Shown here: in pieces, positions 33,895-39,320 of the stretch
How the letters are laid out: each line of letters opens with the position of its first letter
How positions within the stretch are numbered: the first letter of the stretch is position 1
Assembly (NCBI GenBank): GCA_015231345.1
Contig: JADGBV010000001.1
Span: 1-39,320 of the forward strand
DNA length: 39,320 bases
DNA from: Planctomycetota bacterium
GTDB taxonomy: Bacteria; Planctomycetota; JADGBV01
Direction of reading: 5' to 3'
Program-made: the position numbers and the translations under genes
Notes under the pieces: generated by a model
What the model was told of the DNA's origin: nothing
The model's database searches: none
What the model saw: the letters and a program-made list of their open reading frames with translations, nothing else

Positions 33895-34965
33895 CTATTG
33901 TCCTTCTTGTTCATAAATGCGCTTTGTGACTTCCGGGACATTATTAGCTCTTGCCAGTACATCTTCTGGTGTGATTAAGCCTTTATAATAAAGCTCAACG
34001 AGGTGATCATCCATGAGGATATTCCCTTCGGAGCGACTAATTTGAATGGACGATGGAATTTGCTGTATTTTATTCTCGCGAATTTGATTCCGAATCCCAG
34101 AATTGACTTTCATTAACTCATATGCAGGCACCCTGCCGCCACCAATTTTTTTACATAAAGTCTGACACACCACCATATTTAAGGTATTCGACAGCTGAAT
34201 GCGCACGAGTTCCTGCTGATTTGTGGGAAAAGCATCAACAATCCGAGTGATGGTGTCGTAGGCACTGTTGGTGTGTAAGGTCCCCAAAACTAAATGGCCT
34301 GTTTCCGCTGCTGTGAGGGCAATACTGATGGTTTCCAGGTCACGCATTTCTCCAATGAGAATCACATCGGGGTCTTGGCGTAGAGCTCGCCTCAGTGCTT
34401 CAGAGAATTCCGGAACGTCAATTCCGACCTCCCTTTGGGTGACAATGGAGCGTTTATGTTCGTGGCGAAATTCGATGGGGTCTTCAATGGTGATAATATG
34501 CTTTGACGAAGTAGAATTGATATGATCAATAATAGTGGCAAGTGTTGTCGTTTTACCGGAACCCGTGGGGCCCGTGACTAAAAAGAGACCTCGAGGCCTC
34601 ATGGCTTGCTTGAATACTGAGCCAGGCAAGCCTAGTTTCTCAATAGACATAATGGCTCGCGGGATAAGGCGCATGACCATGGCGATTTTATTCTGTTGCC
34701 TAAAGGCGCTCATGCGGAAGGTGGCTCTGTCTTCAAAAAAGACCGCAAAGTCAGTTGACCCGCACTCCTTTAACTCTTTCTGATTTCTCTGGGGAGTAAT
34801 ACTCTCCATGAGCATGGTTGTATCTTCTTCTGTGAGTGCTGTTTTAGAGGCATTCTTCATTTCACCGTCAATTCGGATGGTGGGTGGAGCTCCAACAGTC
34901 AAAATCATATCCGAACCTTCACTGTCGATAAGAAAATTCAGCAATTTATTGATTTCGAAAGACAT
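33895..34965 (-). CDS. pilT: Type IV pilus retraction ATPase PilT
   Basis: Walker A GPTGSGKTTT, IITIEDPIEF, Walker B ILIGEMRD, GHLVLGTLHT and the PilT-type GIRNQIRE motif. Confidence 0.9.
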   Translation of the reverse strand: MSFEINKLLNFLIDSEGSDMILTVGAPPTIRIDGEMKNASKTALTEEDTTMLMESITPQRNQKELKECGSTDFAVFFEDRATFRMSAFRQQNKIAMVMRLIPRAIMSIEKLGLPGSVFKQAMRPRGLFLVTGPTGSGKTTTLATIIDHINSTSSKHIITIEDPIEFRHEHKRSIVTQREVGIDVPEFSEALRRALRQDPDVILIGEMRDLETISIALTAAETGHLVLGTLHTNSAYDTITRIVDAFPTNQQELVRIQLSNTLNMVVCQTLCKKIGGGRVPAYELMKVNSGIRNQIRENKIQQIPSSIQISRSEGNILMDDHLVELYYKGLITPEDVLARANNVPEVTKRIYEQEGQ

Positions 34966-35062
34966 ATTGTACCGATAAGCAGATTCAAGGTTATGTTATT
35001 TGACTTTCTCCTAGCTCAACACTGAAAGCAGGATAAGTATTGAGGACGGCCTTTGCCCTACC

Positions 35063-36064
35063 TTAAGCTCCGTACCTTTTTGAGCTGTAGACTGTAAATA
35101 ATTTTTGATAAAGATGCGAGCCCAATAAGAGAAAGGCGCTGGTCTTGAGCAGGACTTCCCAACTGCAATACCAGAATGATTTGCGAAGTAGATGACTAGA
35201 GACCAAGGGGCGAATCATACTTATTCGCGTGGCTTCTAAGTGGGCTGGACTCATGATGAGGGCGAAGAATGCTTTAAAAAAAGTGTGGTATTGGGCATTT
35301 TCTCCTTTGAATTTTGCCGGGCCAAATTCAAAGCTCCTTTTGTTTGTTGCTTTGGAATCGAGCTGTTCAAGTAAACGTGTGGAGCTAATGGCGGCAAATT
35401 CCGTTTGTTTGTGGGCTTTTTTAAAGCTGATGCCATCAGTGTCTTGCCGGGAATCAACTAAGACTTCATCGATAAGCTGAAAAGAACCTGTGAAAATTAA
35501 CCTTGTCCAGAGATTATGGTCTTGGGAGCATTGAAAATAGTCATCATAGCCGCCAGCTTTTAGGTAAGCTTCTTTGCGCATAACAACAGTGCTGTGAACA
35601 AAAGGGTTGGCGAAAAGTAATATTTCTTTGGAGAAAGACTTTTTCATATAGGCTTTTTGAGTGCGAATGATTTGGTTCTGGTGATCTATCTTATGCACTT
35701 GAGTGGCGCACATAACGCACTCTGGGTTTTTATCGAGTATGCGAATTTGTTTTTCTAGGCGAGTTTCATGTGCAAGGTCGCCACAATCTAGCCTTGCTAA
35801 GTATTCCCCTTTGGCCTGTGCCGTTGCTTTAGTAAGTGAGGGGGTTAATCCCAGATTATTTTCGTTATGGATAATGATAATACGTTTGTCTTGCTGAAGG
35901 TATTTTTTAAGAATTTCGGGCGTCTTATCATGTGAGCCGTCGTTCACTATAATAACTTCGAAATCTCCATAGCTTTGCCCCAAAAGGCTATCAATTGACG
36001 CCTCAAGGTGTTTTTCGCCGTTATAAACGGCCATAATAAGACTCACTCTGGGAGTGGAGTTCAT
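35063..36064 (-). CDS. Glycosyltransferase family 2
   Basis: SLIMAVYNGEKHLEASIDSLLGQSY.DFEVIIVNDGSHD, and LARLDCGD (DxD-like). Confidence 0.85.
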   Translation of the reverse strand: MNSTPRVSLIMAVYNGEKHLEASIDSLLGQSYGDFEVIIVNDGSHDKTPEILKKYLQQDKRIIIIHNENNLGLTPSLTKATAQAKGEYLARLDCGDLAHETRLEKQIRILDKNPECVMCATQVHKIDHQNQIIRTQKAYMKKSFSKEILLFANPFVHSTVVMRKEAYLKAGGYDDYFQCSQDHNLWTRLIFTGSFQLIDEVLVDSRQDTDGISFKKAHKQTEFAAISSTRLLEQLDSKATNKRSFEFGPAKFKGENAQYHTFFKAFFALIMSPAHLEATRISMIRPLVSSHLLRKSFWYCSWEVLLKTSAFLLLGSHLYQKLFTVYSSKRYGA

Positions 36065-36186
36065 GGGCTAAATGGTTTTTCCTCTACGACTCAAGCTTTC
36101 ATCTTTATATTCATAAGAGGACTCTTGCAATCTTCGTTTTGAGGGGTTCGCGAAATCTGAGGAGAGTTTAAGATTCTCCCAGACAA

Positions 36187-37083
36187 ATGAAACTCCTTTC
36201 CACATTCTCTCAAGAAGACGAAGCTCGACTTTTCGGCGATCACCTCATCAGCCTAAGCATAGATAATCAAGTTGATCAGGCCGATGGTAGCTGGGAGATT
36301 TGGGTACATGATGAGGATCTACTTGCCCAGGCGCAAGGTGAGCTGATTCATTTTCAAACAAACCCTGCAGATGATCGCTTTGTGAAAGCTCGTGAAATTG
36401 CACAGAAAATTCGTAAGCAGCAGCAAAAAGACAATGAGAAAAGCCGGGGCCTTTATCAGGATGCCCGCCACATAAATATGAATGCGCATCAGCCTAAGGC
36501 CACTCGCGTGCTTATAGGGATTTGTGTGGTGCTTTATGTGATTAGTCATTTCAGTGAAGTTCCACTATACTTCCACCCAATACTCCGGTACTTTTTCATT
36601 AACGATGTATTTATTCATTCGCCTTTCTTTGGCAATGTGATGAGTGGCGAGATTTGGCGATTATTTACACCTATGCTTCTTCACGGCTCAATTATGCACA
36701 TCCTCTTTAATATGATGTGGTTACATAGCCTAGGCACCATAATAGAAGGTCGCAAGGGTATGACGTTTTTTCTGATTCTTGTCTTATTTTCCTCTGGCCT
36801 ATCTAATTGCGCTCAGTACCTGATGACAGGCCCTAACTTTCTAGGCATGTCTGGCGTTGTCTATGGTCTTTTAGGTTACCTTTGGATGAAAATGAAGTAT
36901 CAGCCTCATGAAAGATTAGGCATTGACCCAGGGACCGTTACGTTCATGTTAATCTGGCTAGTTGTATGTATGTTGGGCATTATTCCTGATTTGGATGTGG
37001 CCAATTGGGCCCACGGCATCGGTTTGCTTTCTGGCATGGCTTATGCCTACGTCCCCTATGCCCTTAAAAAAACAAAAAAGTAG
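36187..37083 (+). CDS. Rhomboid-family intramembrane serine protease (GlpG-like, with cytoplasmic N-terminal domain)
   Basis: EIWRLFTPMLLHGSIMHILFNMMWL, catalytic GMSGVVYGLLGY and the downstream AHGIGLLSG His. Confidence 0.85.
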   Translation: MKLLSTFSQEDEARLFGDHLISLSIDNQVDQADGSWEIWVHDEDLLAQAQGELIHFQTNPADDRFVKAREIAQKIRKQQQKDNEKSRGLYQDARHINMNAHQPKATRVLIGICVVLYVISHFSEVPLYFHPILRYFFINDVFIHSPFFGNVMSGEIWRLFTPMLLHGSIMHILFNMMWLHSLGTIIEGRKGMTFFLILVLFSSGLSNCAQYLMTGPNFLGMSGVVYGLLGYLWMKMKYQPHERLGIDPGTVTFMLIWLVVCMLGIIPDLDVANWAHGIGLLSGMAYAYVPYALKKTKK

Positions 37084-37110
37084 AATCAACCGAAGAGCCG
37101 TTTTAAAAAA

Positions 37111-38250
37111 TTGAGCCCAGAACCTAAAATTAAAGTCGCTTTGTTTTTCACTCATGGTGTCTCTTTAAGTGAATGGGATGAAAAGGGACTTTTGGAAAGA
37201 GAAGTGGAGCTTTATAAGCGCCTCTCACTTCATAATATCGAATTTACTTTTTTCAGCTATGGGGATAAGAGTGATTTGCGCTATGAGCAAATGATCCCTT
37301 CTTTAAAAGTGGTGCCTATTCATGCGACTGTGCCTTTCAAAAACCTGAAAATATTTCAATACCTCATATCGCCTTTATTGCCCTTGCTTTTTAAAAAGGA
37401 ATTATTGGACATTGATTTAATTAAAACTAATCAAACCTGGGGTGGTTGGGTTGCTCGTATGGCAAGTAACCTTAATGATACTCCTTTATTGGCTCGGAGT
37501 GGCTATGAGCCTAATCGCTATGCCGAACACGAAGATCGGTCGTGGCTTTATCGAAAAATTCTCTCTATACTGAGCTTAAGTCTCTATAATGGAGCAAAAC
37601 GTATCCTAGTGAGTTCCAAAAGGGATAAAGAGTATCTTGTGGAGAATATGGCTATCCCCAATAATAAAATCCACTTACACCTCAATTGGATAGACTGCCA
37701 ACTATTCAAGCCCATGCATCCAGTCGCGAAGGCTAAACGTATATTATTTGTCGGCCGTCTTACGGGAGTGAAGAATATCCCTTTTATCATTGATGGCTGT
37801 AAAGGCATTTGCGGCTTAGATATTCTTGGCCAAGGCGAAGAAGCCGGAAGCCTAAAAGAATATGTGGAAACTCATCATTTAGATGTGAATTTCTTACCGA
37901 CTAGACCTAATGATCAGCTGCCGGAAGTGTATAGTGATTACCCTGTATATGTCATCGCTTCTCACTACGAAGGCATGCCTAAAACAATGCTAGAAGCCAT
38001 GGCGTGTCAAAGAGCCATCTTGGGTGTTGATATACAGGGCATCACAGATATTGTTGAGCATGAAAAGAATGGTTTGATTTTTGCCAAAAATAATACTGAG
38101 GACTTCAGGGAGAAACTCAAGACTCTGCTTGGTGATGAGGATTCAAGAGAGAATATGGCAGAAAATGCTCGTCAGTATATTAAAGATAATTGCTCCTTAG
38201 AGTCTTATGTCGCTGCCGAAATTGAGCATTATAAAGCCGTGCTAAACTAA
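37111..38250 (+). CDS. Glycosyltransferase family 4 (GT-B, group 1)
   Basis: ILFVGRLTGVKN and the E-x7-E-like block ASHYEGMPKTMLEAMACQRAILG. Apparent TTG start. Confidence 0.85.
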   Translation: MSPEPKIKVALFFTHGVSLSEWDEKGLLEREVELYKRLSLHNIEFTFFSYGDKSDLRYEQMIPSLKVVPIHATVPFKNLKIFQYLISPLLPLLFKKELLDIDLIKTNQTWGGWVARMASNLNDTPLLARSGYEPNRYAEHEDRSWLYRKILSILSLSLYNGAKRILVSSKRDKEYLVENMAIPNNKIHLHLNWIDCQLFKPMHPVAKAKRILFVGRLTGVKNIPFIIDGCKGICGLDILGQGEEAGSLKEYVETHHLDVNFLPTRPNDQLPEVYSDYPVYVIASHYEGMPKTMLEAMACQRAILGVDIQGITDIVEHEKNGLIFAKNNTEDFREKLKTLLGDEDSRENMAENARQYIKDNCSLESYVAAEIEHYKAVLN

Positions 38251-38359
38251 GTACGGCCATTGCTTCGGTAAGTCAATCGATGAGTATTGTGAATAGAGAA
38301 CTGGTGCTGAGCCTAACTCGACATAATGGAAGTTATTTATCACACCTCATGAGTCAACC

Positions 38360-39320
38360 ATGAATATCCTGGTTACTGGTGCCAATGGCTATATTGGCAG
38401 GAGACTAATATACGCATTGCTTTAGAGAGGTCACTGCGTCTACGCTTTAGTGCGCAAAACCCCAATACGGCCACTTGCCACACCAAATAGTGGTGAGCTG
38501 CTGATAATCGAAGGAGATGCGGGAAGCACAAACTTTTCCTCATTGATCCCCAAAACCATCGATGTTGCTTATTATCTCATCCATTCCATGTCCAGCCCCC
38601 AAAAGGATCTGGCAGGAATTGAGTCACAAGTAGCTCGGCACTGCGCCCTGCAATTTAAGGCCATGGAGCTTGGTCAGATTGTTTATCTGGGAGGAATTGT
38701 TCCCGAAGGGGAACTGAGTTCACATATGAAGTCACGCTATATGGTGGAGGGGGAATTGCGTTCGTCTGGTAGGCCTCTTACGGTAATACGTGCTGCGATT
38801 ATTATCGGCTCGGGAAGTGCTTCCTTTGAGATAATGCGTGACCTGGTGGAAAAATTACCAGTTATGATTGCGCCGAAATGGCTGCATTCTCGTTGTCAGC
38901 CCATAGCTGTTTATGATTGCATTCATTATCTCGTTGAATGCGCAGGGAATTCTGAGCTTCTAGATAGAACGGTAGAAATTGGAGGCCCTGATGTACTTAC
39001 ATACAGGGAGATGCTTCTCGAACTTGCCCGAGTGAGGGGCTTGAAACGTTTGATTGTCACAGTGCCTGTTCTCACGCCCCGGCTGTCATCCTTCTGGCTG
39101 ACTTTGGTAACTGCAGTCCCTTTTTCTCTTTCTCAGTCATTGGTCATGAGCTTGGTGCATGATGCTGTGACACAAAAGACATCCCAAAATGATGTTCTGG
39201 CCTATGAACCACTTAGATATGAAGAGGCTCTGAAGAGAGCCTTTGCCAAGATTCAGGGAAACGACGTATTCTCCAAATGGACCGATGCCTCTCATGGTCA
39301 AGGTGACTTCCTGCTGAATA
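38360..39320 (+). pseudogene. NAD(P)-binding SDR / epimerase-like gene (DUF2867-type) interrupted by one in-frame TAG; 3' end beyond the window
   Basis: The gene starts at ATG 38360 and reads MNILVTGANGYIGRRLIYALL, then TAG (38423-38425), then RGHCVYALVRK.... The same frame stays open for all remaining ~298 codons to the window edge. It is absent from the ORF track. Confidence 0.75.

Noticed and set aside
884-37808. Numerous 60-130-aa ORFs nested inside or antisense to the large genes (e.g. 884..1144, 1602..1823, 5178..5396, 6389..6944, 7116..8012, 8548..9900, 13320..14336, 18243..20966, 22186..22582, 24628..25343, 26318..26792, 34268..34783, 35229..35897, 36319..37155, 37584..37808)
   Set aside because: All lie within longer ORFs that carry clear family motifs, and none shows a recognisable motif of its own. 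They are most likely frame-shadow ORFs.
11841-38425. Idea that TAG is reassigned or suppressed, based on the in-frame TAG in the SDR gene plus the open frame after the map TAG
   Set aside because: TAG ends several well-delimited genes at the expected protein length (clpS 5068-5070, U32 6314-6316, methyltransferase, HU). It therefore functions as a normal stop here.

Overview
This is a densely packed bacterial chromosomal window with about 34 protein genes on both strands. I saw no rRNA, tRNA, CRISPR array or IS element with terminal inverted repeats. All family calls come from recognising motifs in the supplied translations and the raw sequence; no searches were run.

Recognisable housekeeping genes:
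- clpS, a MoxR-type AAA+ ATPase, a long U32-family protein and a DEAD-box helicase
- a SEC-C-tagged methionine aminopeptidase, gltX and an S11 DD-carboxypeptidase
- mfd, dusA, an HU gene and trmO
- thiI with a NifS/IscS-type cysteine desulfurase
- pilT, a rhomboid protease and two glycosyltransferases

The left 2.7 kb looks accessory. It holds the 3' end of a repeat protein, an Rpn/PD-(D/E)XK nuclease-transposase-like gene and a secreted LamG protein. The LamG EGYLxWKWG tail, the SEC-C-decorated proteins and the frequent TTG starts weakly suggest a PVC-superphylum host (Lentisphaerae/Verrucomicrobia-like). This is inference only.

The best candidate for something undescribed is a six-gene, translationally coupled minus-strand operon (31728 down to 24261). 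A cysteine desulfurase and thiI are followed at 1-nt spacing by an 843-aa single-pass membrane protein. Its N-terminal domain reads as a catalytically dead GGDEF fold that still has an RxxD I-site at canonical spacing. A three-gene uncharacterised ABC-2 transporter follows.

Secondary curiosities:
- a 573-aa orphan protein coupled to a clpA-less clpS
- divergent SEC-C genes
- a stand-alone triple 'integrase-repeat' protein next to a THUMP-like methyltransferase that carries an in-frame 15-bp repeat expansion
- a soluble MCP-hemerythrin next to pilT
- a two-module U32 protein
- a single in-frame TAG in an SDR gene
- a start-less ORF extension in frame with the map stop codon
- a 36-bp tandem repeat in a pyrimidine-rich tract upstream of gltX
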